From positions 1,325 to 65,324 of the forward strand of contig JAJRUH010000125.1 of assembly GCA_024277895.1 (NCBI GenBank): a DNA stretch of 64,000 nt. The letters are read 5' to 3'. Position numbers and translations under genes: made by a program. Under the pieces are notes generated by a model that saw only the letters and a list, made by a program, of their open reading frames with translations, searched no databases and was not told the DNA's origin. Of the stretch, positions 26,761 to 36,782 are shown in pieces; position 1 is the first letter of the stretch, and each line of letters opens with the position of its first letter. The stretch comes from Bacteroidota bacterium (GTDB taxonomy: Bacteria > Bacteroidota > Bacteroidia > Bacteroidales > JAADGE01).

Positions 26761-28953
26761 ATGTCAACAATTCGTTTTAGTGCACTTAATGAATTAAATA
26801 ATCGACCGGTTCCTTCCTTTAATTTTCCTTTTGAAAAAATATCTGATTATTTCGGTTCCGAGGTCTTTGATTTACGAAAAATGCAAAAATATTTATCGAA
26901 AGATGCCTATAAAAATGTTAAAGAATCCATTGAAACCGGAGCAAAAATTAATCGAAAAACAGCTGATCAAATTGCTTCCGGAATGAAGGAATGGGCGATG
27001 AGTAAAGGAGCGACACATTATACACATTGGTTTCATCCGCTTACCGGAAATACGGCGGAAAAACACGATTCTTTCATTAATATTGACCAAGAAGGTAATT
27101 CTTTCGAAACTTTTGACGGAGAATTATTGGTACAACAAGAACCCGATGCATCAAGTTTTCCGCACGGCGGTTTGCGAAACACTTTTGAAGCAAGAGGTTA
27201 CACAGCTTGGGATCCGGCTTCTCCGGCATTTATTATTGATCAAACACTTTGCATCCCGACTATTTTTGTTTCATATACAGGTGAGGCACTTGATTATAAG
27301 ACACCTTTACTGAAATCATTAAACGTGCTTGACAAAACAGCAACAGCTGTTTGCAAATATTTCGACAAAAGCGTTAATAAGGTTATTGCAACCTTGGGCT
27401 GGGAACAGGAATATTTTCTTGTTGACGAAGCACTCTTTAATGCTCGCCCTGATTTGATGCTTACCGGAAGAACTTTAATGGGACACGCTTCGGCAAAAGA
27501 TCAACAATTGAGTGATCATTATTTCAGTTCGATTCCCGAACGTGTATTGGCATATATGAAAGAGTTTGAATATGAGGCACATAAATTAGGTATTCCGGTA
27601 AAAACACGACATAATGAAGTTGCTCCTAACCAATTTGAATGTGCACCTATTTTTGAAGAAGCTAATCTGGCAAATGACCATAATCAGCTATTAATGAAGG
27701 TTATGAGAAAAACAGCAAAAAAACATCGATTTAAGGTCTTATTTCATGAAAAACCTTTTGCAGGAATTAACGGTTCAGGAAAACACAATAATTGGTCGCT
27801 TGCTACCGATACCGGAATTAATTTATTAAAACCCGGAAATACGCCTAAAAGTAATTTGTTATTTTTAACTTTTCTGGTTAACATCATCACAGCCGTAAAA
27901 AAACACAGCGATTTATTAAGAGCTGCCATTATGTCTGCCGGAAATCAACATCGTCTCGGAGCAAATGAAGCCCCGCCGGCTATAATATCTGTTTTTTTGG
28001 GAAAAGAAATTGATGAAATGCTGAATAAAATCGAACAAAAAGTTCCGGATAAAAAAATATCACATGAAATTTCACAAAAATTAAAATTAGACATTTCTAA
28101 AATTCCCGAGATTTTACCGGATAATACCGACAGAAACAGAACATCCCCTTTTGCATTTACGGGAAATCGTTTTGAATTCAGAGCCGTAGGTTCAAACGAA
28201 AACAATGCCGGTCCTCTGATTGCACTAAATACCGCACTTTCAGACCAACTAAGAAAATTTAAAACCGAAGTTGATATATTAATAAGTGAAAATATTAAAA
28301 AAGATGATGCTGTTTTAAGAATTCTGAGAAAATACATTAAAGAATCAAAGTCGGTTCGATTTGAAGGAAACGGATACAGTGAAGACTGGATAAAAGAAGC
28401 TGAAAAACGCGGGTTAACAAACATCAAAGAGGCAAGTGAAGCTTTTAAGGCTTATATACACAAAGATACAATCAATCTTTTTGAACGTAATCATATTTTA
28501 ACCGGTAAAGAGTTACATTCGAGGTATGAAATACGAATTTGTGAATATGTTCAAAAAATACAAATTGAAGCTCGAATTTTAGGTGATTTAGCTGTAAACC
28601 ATATTATCCCGACAGCAATTAAATATCAAAATACTCTGATTACCAGTGTAAAAGAGTTAAAAGAAATTATTGAAGATGAAAAAGATTTGGAGGCTTTGGT
28701 AAGTCGGCGAATAGGAACTATTAAGAAAATTTCACATCATACAACGCAAATCAGCATTTTAACACAAGAAATGATTGAAGAACGAAAAAAAACTAATGTT
28801 AAAGAAAGCTGTACTGAACGTATTGAAGATTATGAATTTAAAGTTAAACCCTATTTCGATAAAATTCGTTACCATATTGACAAATTAGAGCTGATTGTAG
28901 ATGATGAAATATGGCCTTTGCCGAAATATCGAGAATTATTATTCAACAGATAA
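26761..28953 (+). CDS. glnN: Glutamine synthetase type III
   Basis: 730 aa, the GSIII size class. Strings KGATHYTHWFHPLTG, HNEVAPNQFECAPIFEE and INGSGKHNNWSL. Confidence 0.85.
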   Translation: MSTIRFSALNELNNRPVPSFNFPFEKISDYFGSEVFDLRKMQKYLSKDAYKNVKESIETGAKINRKTADQIASGMKEWAMSKGATHYTHWFHPLTGNTAEKHDSFINIDQEGNSFETFDGELLVQQEPDASSFPHGGLRNTFEARGYTAWDPASPAFIIDQTLCIPTIFVSYTGEALDYKTPLLKSLNVLDKTATAVCKYFDKSVNKVIATLGWEQEYFLVDEALFNARPDLMLTGRTLMGHASAKDQQLSDHYFSSIPERVLAYMKEFEYEAHKLGIPVKTRHNEVAPNQFECAPIFEEANLANDHNQLLMKVMRKTAKKHRFKVLFHEKPFAGINGSGKHNNWSLATDTGINLLKPGNTPKSNLLFLTFLVNIITAVKKHSDLLRAAIMSAGNQHRLGANEAPPAIISVFLGKEIDEMLNKIEQKVPDKKISHEISQKLKLDISKIPEILPDNTDRNRTSPFAFTGNRFEFRAVGSNENNAGPLIALNTALSDQLRKFKTEVDILISENIKKDDAVLRILRKYIKESKSVRFEGNGYSEDWIKEAEKRGLTNIKEASEAFKAYIHKDTINLFERNHILTGKELHSRYEIRICEYVQKIQIEARILGDLAVNHIIPTAIKYQNTLITSVKELKEIIEDEKDLEALVSRRIGTIKKISHHTTQISILTQEMIEERKKTNVKESCTERIEDYEFKVKPYFDKIRYHIDKLELIVDDEIWPLPKYRELLFNR

Positions 28954-28960
28954 ACAGCTG

Positions 28961-28994
28961 AACCCTGACAGATTATAAAAAATTTGTCAGGGTT
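28961..28994. terminator. Hairpin terminator shared by the convergent glnN and thioesterase genes
   Basis: Perfect 10-bp stem AACCCTGACA / TGTCAGGGTT with a 14-nt A/T loop. It sits in the convergent gap and overlaps the thioesterase stop codon. Confidence 0.55.
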
Positions 28995-29412
28995 ATTTTA
29001 AAACAGAGTTTTTATATTTTTCTAATTTCTCGGTAAGGAAATCCGGTTTTACAGGCTTGCCGTTTTCTAAAACAACAACAATTACTTTTGCTTGTAAAAT
29101 TAGTTTTGTATCCGATTTTCTGTAAATTTCCTGATTAAAAATTAACTTTAAATTTCCCTTTTTTTCAAAATTCAAAACAGAAATAAAAATATCACCGCTT
29201 TTCAGAGGAAACTTGTAATCAATTTCAATTCTGTAAACAACAGGGTCAATTCCGTTTTTATTCATTTCGACAAAACCTGAACCGACCGAAATTAAAAACT
29301 CATGCCTTGTATGTTCAAGATAATTCTGATAAACTGAATTATTTACAATTCCCTGAATATCACACTCATAATCACGTACTTTCAGCTCAAGCCTAAAGAT
29401 TTGGTTTTGCAT
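28993..29412 (-). CDS. Acyl-CoA thioesterase (4HBT/YbgC hotdog family)
   Basis: Trimmed to ATG 29412 (MQNQIFRLELKVRDYECDIQGIVNNSVYQNYLEHTRHEFL...). The track start is a TTG. Confidence 0.65.
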   Translation of the reverse strand: MQNQIFRLELKVRDYECDIQGIVNNSVYQNYLEHTRHEFLISVGSGFVEMNKNGIDPVVYRIEIDYKFPLKSGDIFISVLNFEKKGNLKLIFNQEIYRKSDTKLILQAKVIVVVLENGKPVKPDFLTEKLEKYKNSVLK

Positions 29413-29444
29413 AACGACTTTTAACTTAGAAACTGACAACTGTT

Positions 29445-30260
29445 TTAATACTGTTCTTTTTCATTCGGAAAATCTTCGGAACGCACATCTTTTACATAAT
29501 TTGATACAGCACCTTTAATTTCTGTCGCTAAATCGTGATAACGGCGTAAAAATCGCGGAGAAAACTCTTGGGTTAATCCCAACATATCGTGAATTACAAG
29601 AACCTGACCGTCAACACCGCCGCCTGCACCTATTCCGATAACGGGAATTTTAATACTTTTTGCAACTTCTTCGGCGAGTTTTGCAGGTATCTTTTCCAAT
29701 ACAAGGGCAAAACATCCCAATTTTTCAAGCAATACAGCATCTTTACGTAATTGATCAGCTTCCTCGTCATCCTTTGCACGCACTACATAGGTTCCGAATT
29801 TATGAATAGACTGGGGCATTAATCCCAAATGTCCCATAACGGGAATACCGGCAGATAAAATTCTGACAACAGATTCTTCAACTTCTTTACCGCCTTCTAA
29901 TTTTACGGCATGTGCCCCGGTTTCTTTCATAATTCTGATTGCCGAATCCAAAGCATGTTTAGAATTCCCTTGATAAGTTCCGAAAGGTAAATCTACCACT
30001 ACCAGTGCTTTTTCAACAGCTCTTACTACCGATTTTGCATGGTATATAATTTCATCCAAAGTTAATGGCAAAGTTGTGTCGTATCCCGCCATTACATTTG
30101 CCGCAGAATCGCCCACCAAAATGACATCCACACCGGCTTGATCAACTAATTTTGCTATGGAATAATCATAAGCCGTAAGCATAGCAATTTTTTCATTCTT
30201 TGCTTTCATAGCTTGTAAAACATGGGTTGTTATTTTTCGAGCTGCTTTATGAATTGACAT
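29445..30260 (-). CDS. panB: 3-methyl-2-oxobutanoate hydroxymethyltransferase
   Basis: 271 aa. [41 protein letters not shown] and IGIGAG. Confidence 0.9.
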   Translation of the reverse strand: MSIHKAARKITTHVLQAMKAKNEKIAMLTAYDYSIAKLVDQAGVDVILVGDSAANVMAGYDTTLPLTLDEIIYHAKSVVRAVEKALVVVDLPFGTYQGNSKHALDSAIRIMKETGAHAVKLEGGKEVEESVVRILSAGIPVMGHLGLMPQSIHKFGTYVVRAKDDEEADQLRKDAVLLEKLGCFALVLEKIPAKLAEEVAKSIKIPVIGIGAGGGVDGQVLVIHDMLGLTQEFSPRFLRRYHDLATEIKGAVSNYVKDVRSEDFPNEKEQY

Positions 30261-30283
30261 TTTTTAAGATTTAAATGAATGAA

Positions 30284-30826
30284 TTATTTTTCTTCAATTT
30301 TATTCTCAGATTGTTTTTGTTCCGTTTTTTCTTCTTCCGCCGAAATTCCTTGTGATTCTTCTTCTTTCATAATTTTTTGCATAAAGCGTTTTAATGACGG
30401 TTTATTGAGCAAAACTGCCGTAAAAACAATTCCGAACATATACAAAGGTTCGTACATTTTATTAATATAAAATGATATTAAAGTTAATAGTGCAGCAAAT
30501 TCAAATACTGAATAAATTATCAGTAAAGTCAGAAAATATTTATCCGAAATTTGTTTTAAATTTGTCAGCTTATCAGCTTGTTTCTTTTTAACAGCATAAA
30601 TTTTATAAGCAAGCGGTATTGCAATAATTACTGCCAAATATGAAAGATACAGGAATATGGTATTAAAATCACTTTCGTATTGAAGGTTTGTTTTAGGAAT
30701 TTCGGGAATTAAATAAAAATATAATAAACTGAAAAATACTGCTAATTCAAACAATAAAAATAACCAAATAAAGGTATAAAATTTATTTTTCTCTTTTATG
30801 AATCTAAGATTTTCCTCGTGTAACAT
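30284..30826 (-). CDS. Hypothetical membrane protein with acidic C-terminal tail
   Basis: 180 aa with about four hydrophobic helices and tail EEESQGISAEEEKTEQKQSENKIEEK. No family recognised. Confidence 0.4.
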   Translation of the reverse strand: MLHEENLRFIKEKNKFYTFIWLFLLFELAVFFSLLYFYLIPEIPKTNLQYESDFNTIFLYLSYLAVIIAIPLAYKIYAVKKKQADKLTNLKQISDKYFLTLLIIYSVFEFAALLTLISFYINKMYEPLYMFGIVFTAVLLNKPSLKRFMQKIMKEEESQGISAEEEKTEQKQSENKIEEK

Positions 30827-30837
30827 ATACAGTATAT

Positions 30838-31698
30838 TTATTTGATACTCAGCAATTTAATTTCATATATTAAAGTTGTAAACGGCGGCACATAATCTTT
30901 CAATCCGGTTTTACCGTAAGCAGTTTTTGACGGGGCAATTAATTTTATTTTATCGCCGACACGCATACCTGCAATTGCTTTATTCCAAGCCGGTATTACA
31001 TGCTCATCACCCAAAACAAATGTAAGGGGTTTTCCCTTATCAATTGAAGAATCAAAAATTTTTCCGTTGATGTAACTGCCGGTAAACTGAATTGTAACTT
31101 TTTTTCCGTATTCTGCTTTTTTTCCGTTCCCTTTTGATATTTTAATAATATAAATACCTCCGGCAGTCGGTTTTTCTTTAATATTTTCAGCCGATAAATA
31201 ATCATCTAATATTCGTTTCTCTTCGGCTTCTTTTTTCAGCATAAATTGCTTATACTCCTTATTCAACTGTTGTTTGCTGACAATGTCAACAATTTTAATT
31301 TCAAACCTCAACATTTCACCGGGCAAAATAAAATTAGGTATGCTGTCGTGCTTTGTTTTTAAATAAAAGTCGGAAGCCGGAATTAAAAATGATGCACTGT
31401 CTCCGGTTTTCATCATTTTAAGTGCATTCTGCATTATTCCGCCACCTTCTGCATTTCCTGTTTGAACTCTGAATTTTGCAGATAATTCATCGGAATTAAA
31501 CAGTAATGAATCAGAATGATTGAAATATTTTAATTTCAAAGTTATAATACTTCCTTCGTCAGGTTTAACCCCTTTAGGATTTTCGAAATAAAATTTATAC
31601 TGAAATCCCAGCTTACTTTTTTTATATCTTTTCTCATTCTTACAAGAGATAAATACGAGTAAAAAAGCTAAAAAAACAGAAAACCACTTAATCCGCAT
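30838..31698 (-). CDS. FKBP-type peptidyl-prolyl isomerase lipoprotein
   Basis: Lipobox FISC. C-terminal FKBP domain GKKVTIQFTGSYINGKIFDSS...LTFVLGDEHVIPAWNKAIAGMRVGDK...PPFTTLIYEIKLLSI. Confidence 0.75.
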   Translation of the reverse strand: MRIKWFSVFLAFLLVFISCKNEKRYKKSKLGFQYKFYFENPKGVKPDEGSIITLKLKYFNHSDSLLFNSDELSAKFRVQTGNAEGGGIMQNALKMMKTGDSASFLIPASDFYLKTKHDSIPNFILPGEMLRFEIKIVDIVSKQQLNKEYKQFMLKKEAEEKRILDDYLSAENIKEKPTAGGIYIIKISKGNGKKAEYGKKVTIQFTGSYINGKIFDSSIDKGKPLTFVLGDEHVIPAWNKAIAGMRVGDKIKLIAPSKTAYGKTGLKDYVPPFTTLIYEIKLLSIK

Positions 31699-32133
31699 AT
31701 GCTTTAAGAAAATTAAACAACAAATATAAAATTATAAAAAATTAAAAACAATTAAAAAACAGGAATACTGATCCATCAATTCTCGAAAATATAGATTTAA
31801 CCATGTAAAATACTGTTTATCAATAAAGTTATTGCAGTTTTGCTGATATTTTAAAACCGGAAAATTTGCGACTTTTGTAACAGATATTTTCAGAAATTAT
31901 TTAAAACAGTTGACTTAAATTTACTTAAAAATACACTTTATCATCAATTTTTATTATTTCGTCAACAGTTTTTTACAATTTATCAAGTATTTTGGTAAAA
32001 TCATCAAAAAAAATAATATTTTTTAATTTATACAACAGATTGACAGTCTGATAATTACACAATTCAGAAGAAATTTCCATTAATAATTACGTTAAAATAT
32101 GTTTATTTTTTTTCTTTTTAATAATTTTTAGCA

Positions 32134-32141
32134 TAAATTTG
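32134..32141 (+). promoter_or_regulatory. -7 promoter box TAAATTTG
   Basis: TAnnTTTG match about 60 nt upstream of the orphan hairpin at 32200. Confidence 0.3.
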
Positions 32142-32199
32142 TCGAGAGTTTAATACTCATAAAGTGTTTTTTTCATAGTAAGTTTTAGGTTAGTTGTTA

Positions 32200-32228
32200 A
32201 AGGCGGAATTTTCAATTCCGCCTTTTTT
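32200..32228 (+). terminator. Orphan terminator-like hairpin directly upstream of the 988-aa gene
   Basis: 11-bp stem AAGGCGGAATT / AATTCCGCCTT, 3-nt loop, then TTTT tail (continuing the T-rich end of the stem). No plus-strand gene lies upstream of it. Confidence 0.5.
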
Positions 32229-32255
32229 ATTTATATTTATCCGAAAATTTCAGCA

Positions 32256-35222
32256 ATGCAAGATGAGATTAAAAAATTAATTCATTTCTCGGAAACGCCT
32301 TTTGACAGCCTGATGCAACAAAGGATTCACCGTGTTTTAATTGTTTGCAGCGAATACGATTCTTTTACTTTGGAAGAAGACGGCAGAATTGAAGAGCAAA
32401 TTTTCAACGAATATGTTTCTTTGAATTTACGCTATCCTCCTCGCATTATGCTTGCCGATACAGCGGAACAAGCACTTAAAAAAATGCAAAAAAATTACAT
32501 TGACCTGGTTATCACCATGTTGAATGTCGGTCAAAAATTTGACGCATTTGAGTTTGCAAAAGAAATCAAACGAAAATATCCGGGTAAACCGGTTGTCGTT
32601 CTGACACCTTTTTCACGAGAAGTTTCGTTAATGTTGAGTCACGAAGACTTAAGCGGTATTGATTATGTTTTCAGTTGGCTCGGCAGTGCAGATATTTTAC
32701 TTGCTATTATAAAATTACTTGAAGATAAAATGAATGTTAAACACGATATTCGTGCAGGCGTACAAGTAATTCTTTTAGTAGAAGATTCAGTAAGATATTA
32801 CTCGGGTTATTTAACAAATATGTACAAAATATTGTTGGTTCAATCCAAAAAATTTATGAAAGAAGGATTAAACGAACACCAACAAATGAGACGCATGCGA
32901 GGCAGACCGAAGATAATGATGGCAAAAAATTATGAAGAAGCTACAGATATCTACAAAACCTATAAAAACAATCTTCTCGGAATAATTTCTGATACAAAAT
33001 TTCCGCGAAACGGAACAATTGACCCCGATGCAGGAATTCGTTTTTTATCTAAAGTAAAAAAAGATAACCGATACTTACCGTTGCTGCTGCAATCTTCCGA
33101 TATCGAAAATAAAAAACGAGCAAAAGCAATACGAGTGGGATTTCTTCATAAATATTCTGAAAATTTAGCTCAGGAATTAAAAAAATTTATGAATTTATAT
33201 TTTGCATTCGGTGCTTTTCAGTTTATTAATCCGGAAACAAAAGAAGTTATCCGAAAAGCCTATAATTTAAAAGAAGTACACGAAAGCATTAAGGTCATTC
33301 CGGATAACTGTCTCAAATACCATATTTCCAGAAATCACATTTCTAAATGGCTGTATGCAAGAGCATTATTTCCTTTAGCTGAGTTCTTTGTCGGCTTAAA
33401 AGAACAAGATTTTTCGGGAGGATTATCTCAAATCAGAAAATTTATTTATGACAATATAGCAAATTTCAGAAAATCACAATCTCGCGGTGTTATTGCCGAA
33501 TTTGACAAAAACCATTATGATGATTCTTTAATTTTTTCCAGAATAGGCAGCGGCTCTTTAGGCGGAAAAGCCAGAGGACTTGCATTTTTAGATTCTCTGA
33601 TAAAAAAACATCCGCAATTAGATTCATTTGAAAATATTATCATTAAAATTCCGAAAACCGTGGTTATTTCAACTGAAAGTTTTGATGATTTTATGGAAGA
33701 TAATAATTTATATCCTTTTGCATTAGAAAACAAAAGCAATGAAGAAATACTTGAAAAATTTGTCAATTCACAATTAAGATTCGAAATAAAAGAAGATTTA
33801 AAAGCTTTCTTAAAAATTGTAAAAAAACCAATAGCCATTCGCTCTTCCAGCGTTTTAGAAGACTCTCATTATCAGCCTTTTGCCGGAGTATTTTCAACCT
33901 ATATGTTGGCAAATACCGGAAGTTCGGAAATAAATGCAAAACAACTTTATATTGCTGTAAAATCCGTATATGCTTCAGTATTTTATAAAGAAACCAAAGC
34001 ATATATGAAAGCCACTAAAAACTTAATTGATGAAGAGAAAATGGGTATTGTTGTTCAGGAAGTTTGCGGAACAAAATATGAGAATCAATTTTATCCGACA
34101 TTTTCCGGCGTAGCACGGTCGGTAAATTTTTATCCTATTGAAGATGAAAAATCCGACGAAGGAATTGTAAATGTTGCATTAGGTTTGGGAAAACATATTG
34201 TAGAAGGAAAACGTACTTTACGATTTGCACCGAGTCATCCGAAAAAAATATTACAACTTTCCTCGCCCGAGATGGCTTTACGAGATACCCAAAAAACATT
34301 TTTCGCTCTTGATTTATCGCCTGAAAGCTTTAAGATCTCAACTAACGACAGCATTAATTACAAACTACATCGCATAAAACAGGCAGAAAAAGACGGCTCA
34401 ATTGATGATATTTCTTCTGTATATGATTTTCATGATAATGTTCTGAAAGAAGGCAGAATGTACGAAGGCAAACGTATAATTACATTTGCTAATATCCTGA
34501 AACACAACTCTTTTCCTCTTGCCGGTATCGTTAAAGAGGTAATGAGAATTTGTGAACAAGCTATGAATAATCCCGTAGAAATAGAGTTTGCAGTAAATCT
34601 TAATCCTGAAAACAGTCCTTTCAAATTCTTTAATTTATTACAAATAAGACCTATAGTTGAAGATATTATTGAAGATGATATTGACTTTTCAAATATTGAT
34701 TTTAAAAATTCAATATTATTTTCAAAAAAGGTACTCGGTCATGGTGTGATAAAAGGTATTTCCGACTTAATTTATGTTAAACCGGACATGTTCGATTCCG
34801 TAAACAATCAAAAAGTTGTTAAAATTATTGAAGATTTAAACACTCAAATGGCAGAGAAAAATCAAAATTACATTTTAATTGGTCCGGGAAGATGGGGCTC
34901 AAGCGACCCGTGGCTGGGCATACCTGTCGTATGGTCGCAAATTTCGGCTGCTCGACTGATTGTAGAATCCGGTTTAGAAAATTATCAGATTGAACCAAGC
35001 CAAGGAACACATTTTTTCCAAAATTTGACTGCATTCAAAGTCGGGTATTTCACGATTAATCCGTTTAAAAATGACGGTTTTTGGAACTTGGATTATCTGA
35101 ATTCCATTAATCCTGTATATGAGGATGAATTTGTAAGACACCTAAAATTTGACAATGAATTGTTAATAAAAATTGACAGTAAAAAAAGCAAAGGAATTAT
35201 TTTAAAACCGGATAATTCTTAA
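32256..35222 (+). CDS. Pseudo-receiver + receiver + PEP/pyruvate-binding (PPDK N-terminal, ATP-grasp type) protein
   Basis: 988 aa. REC-like domain 1 (RVLIVCSEYD...DLVITMLNV) lacks the acceptor Asp. REC domain 2 (VILLVEDS...GIISDTKFP...GFLHK) looks intact. The central region has GSGSLGGKARGLAFL and IAIRSSSVLEDS, like the nucleotide-binding domain of PEP synthase/PPDK. No GGxTSH phosphohistidine motif was seen. Confidence 0.6.
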   Translation: MQDEIKKLIHFSETPFDSLMQQRIHRVLIVCSEYDSFTLEEDGRIEEQIFNEYVSLNLRYPPRIMLADTAEQALKKMQKNYIDLVITMLNVGQKFDAFEFAKEIKRKYPGKPVVVLTPFSREVSLMLSHEDLSGIDYVFSWLGSADILLAIIKLLEDKMNVKHDIRAGVQVILLVEDSVRYYSGYLTNMYKILLVQSKKFMKEGLNEHQQMRRMRGRPKIMMAKNYEEATDIYKTYKNNLLGIISDTKFPRNGTIDPDAGIRFLSKVKKDNRYLPLLLQSSDIENKKRAKAIRVGFLHKYSENLAQELKKFMNLYFAFGAFQFINPETKEVIRKAYNLKEVHESIKVIPDNCLKYHISRNHISKWLYARALFPLAEFFVGLKEQDFSGGLSQIRKFIYDNIANFRKSQSRGVIAEFDKNHYDDSLIFSRIGSGSLGGKARGLAFLDSLIKKHPQLDSFENIIIKIPKTVVISTESFDDFMEDNNLYPFALENKSNEEILEKFVNSQLRFEIKEDLKAFLKIVKKPIAIRSSSVLEDSHYQPFAGVFSTYMLANTGSSEINAKQLYIAVKSVYASVFYKETKAYMKATKNLIDEEKMGIVVQEVCGTKYENQFYPTFSGVARSVNFYPIEDEKSDEGIVNVALGLGKHIVEGKRTLRFAPSHPKKILQLSSPEMALRDTQKTFFALDLSPESFKISTNDSINYKLHRIKQAEKDGSIDDISSVYDFHDNVLKEGRMYEGKRIITFANILKHNSFPLAGIVKEVMRICEQAMNNPVEIEFAVNLNPENSPFKFFNLLQIRPIVEDIIEDDIDFSNIDFKNSILFSKKVLGHGVIKGISDLIYVKPDMFDSVNNQKVVKIIEDLNTQMAEKNQNYILIGPGRWGSSDPWLGIPVVWSQISAARLIVESGLENYQIEPSQGTHFFQNLTAFKVGYFTINPFKNDGFWNLDYLNSINPVYEDEFVRHLKFDNELLIKIDSKKSKGIILKPDNS

Positions 35223-35430
35223 CATATAACATTGGTGTATGAATAGTAACGGGTTAAAAACCAGCCACTTTTAAACGATAAAAACAGCAAGGCTTTCTGA
35301 TTTTAACACTTAAATTGTTGAAAAGTAAAATTGTAAAGATGTTGCGGGGTTCATTTAATGCAATAAGTTGTAAATTTAAAAATTGCCCTTATTATTTATA
35401 CATATTCTTACCCATCGTTTTCCTTAATTA

Positions 35431-35745
35431 TCAGTCAACAAATGTTTCTTTTATTACTGATTTAACTTCCTTAATTTCCGGTCGCGATAGTCGTCCTAAT
35501 ATTGTAAGAATCCTTTGTTTGTCAATTATCCTAATTTGGTCGATTACAATCCGGCCGATTCTCCTGTCGTGTTTTACCTCAATTCTTGCAGGATAATTTT
35601 TCGAGTTCGTAGTCATTGGTGCGACAATAATTGTCCTAGGATACTTGTTCATTTCGTTCGGTAAAATTATAACACAAGGTCTTGTTTTTTTTATTTCACT
35701 TCCTATTGTCGGGTCTAAATTGATGAGAACTATTTGATATTGATT
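35431..35745 (-). CDS. MazF/PemK-family toxin with no canonical start for its conserved N-terminus (possibly inactivated)
   Basis: The ATG-initiated ORF (35431..35652, 73 aa) begins mid-domain. The same frame is open upstream to 35766 and encodes NQYQIVLINLDPTIGSEIKKTRPCVIILPNE, the conserved MazF N-terminal strands. That stretch contains no ATG, GTG or TTG. Confidence 0.65.
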   Translation of the reverse strand, partial: NQYQIVLINLDPTIGSEIKKTRPCVIILPNEMNKYPRTIIVAPMTTNSKNYPARIEVKHDRRIGRIVIDQIRIIDKQRILTILGRLSRPEIKEVKSVIKETFVD

Positions 35746-35990
35746 TAAATCCGTTCTTCCGGGTTTTCATTTTCGAAAACGTCATTAAATAGAAGTTGGT
35801 CATCCCCGTTTTCCCTCATTTGTTTAAATGCAATGTCCCGGTCTTTTCTTGGCTGTGAAATTGGTTTGAGAATAAAATAGTCTTTTTCAAGAATAAGTTC
35901 TACTTTGTCTTTGATATTGTATTTGTCAATCAAGGTTTTACTGAGTCTAAAACCTTTTGAATTTCCTATTTGTATTATTGATAATTCCAT
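35745..35990 (-). CDS. AbrB/MazE/SpoVT-family antitoxin
   Basis: 81 aa. SIIQIGNSKGFRLSKTLIDKY swapped-hairpin motif and an acidic C-terminal tail. Its stop abuts the toxin frame. Confidence 0.7.
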   Translation of the reverse strand: MELSIIQIGNSKGFRLSKTLIDKYNIKDKVELILEKDYFILKPISQPRKDRDIAFKQMRENGDDQLLFNDVFENENPEERI

Positions 35991-36266
35991 AATCTTTTTG
36001 ATTGAATGTAATTAAAAAATTAATACCCTTATTTGAGTTTACAAAATATTTTTTTATGACGAGTAACACATAATATAACAAGATAAAAAATTGAAAGATT
36101 GAAAACAAATGGACGAGGAAAGTGTTTACAAAACGCAGCCATTTTATTTTTTTTTGATTTGTTATTTAAAATTACTAAAATTGTAAGTTAAAATTTCATC
36201 TGCCGCCAAAACAGAACACTGTTCTTATTAATTTTACAAACTATGTTTTGTCTGCCTTGAAAAAAT

Positions 36267-36782
36267 ATGAAAAAGTATATATCATTCATATTATTAATTA
36301 TTATTGTTTTCGTAAGTAACGAATCTTACCTGTATTTTAAATATCTGCAACATAATATTCATCAAGAAATAAAACAAGAAATCAGAAAAGGTTTAGACGA
36401 AAAAGACCTTACATTAATTATTGTTTCTTCCGGTAATGAAAAAGAAATTATTTGGACTAAAAAAAATAAGGAATTTAAGTATAAAGGATTAATGTATGAT
36501 ATTGTTAAAACAAAAATAAAAAATAAAAAGAATTATTATTATTGCATAAACGATATCAAAGAGAAACAATTAATTACAAGTTTCTCGAAAAATAACAGAA
36601 GAAGAAAAAGAACTTTATTAAAAATAAAGAAAGTTTTAAATAATAAATATTTTTTCGAGAAATATTCATTTAAAACAACCATAAGTAAATCAGATATTTA
36701 TTTCTGTGAACGCCAACAATTTTACAACTCACAAACTCTTGAGGTTATTTCCCCTCCTCCAAAATTTAACTTTAACACGTAA
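36267..36782 (+). CDS. Hypothetical Lys-rich membrane-anchored protein
   Basis: 171 aa with one N-terminal hydrophobic helix and a very basic sequence (NNRRRKRTLLKIKK). No family recognised. Confidence 0.35.
   Translation: MKKYISFILLIIIVFVSNESYLYFKYLQHNIHQEIKQEIRKGLDEKDLTLIIVSSGNEKEIIWTKKNKEFKYKGLMYDIVKTKIKNKKNYYYCINDIKEKQLITSFSKNNRRRKRTLLKIKKVLNNKYFFEKYSFKTTISKSDIYFCERQQFYNSQTLEVISPPPKFNFNT

Noticed and set aside
32099-32131. Phe-rich mini-ORF MFIFFLFNNF upstream of the orphan terminator, reminiscent of a pheA-type attenuation leader peptide.
   Set aside because: It is simply a T-rich tract in an AT-rich spacer, no alternative antiterminator pairing was found, and the downstream gene has no link to phenylalanine metabolism.
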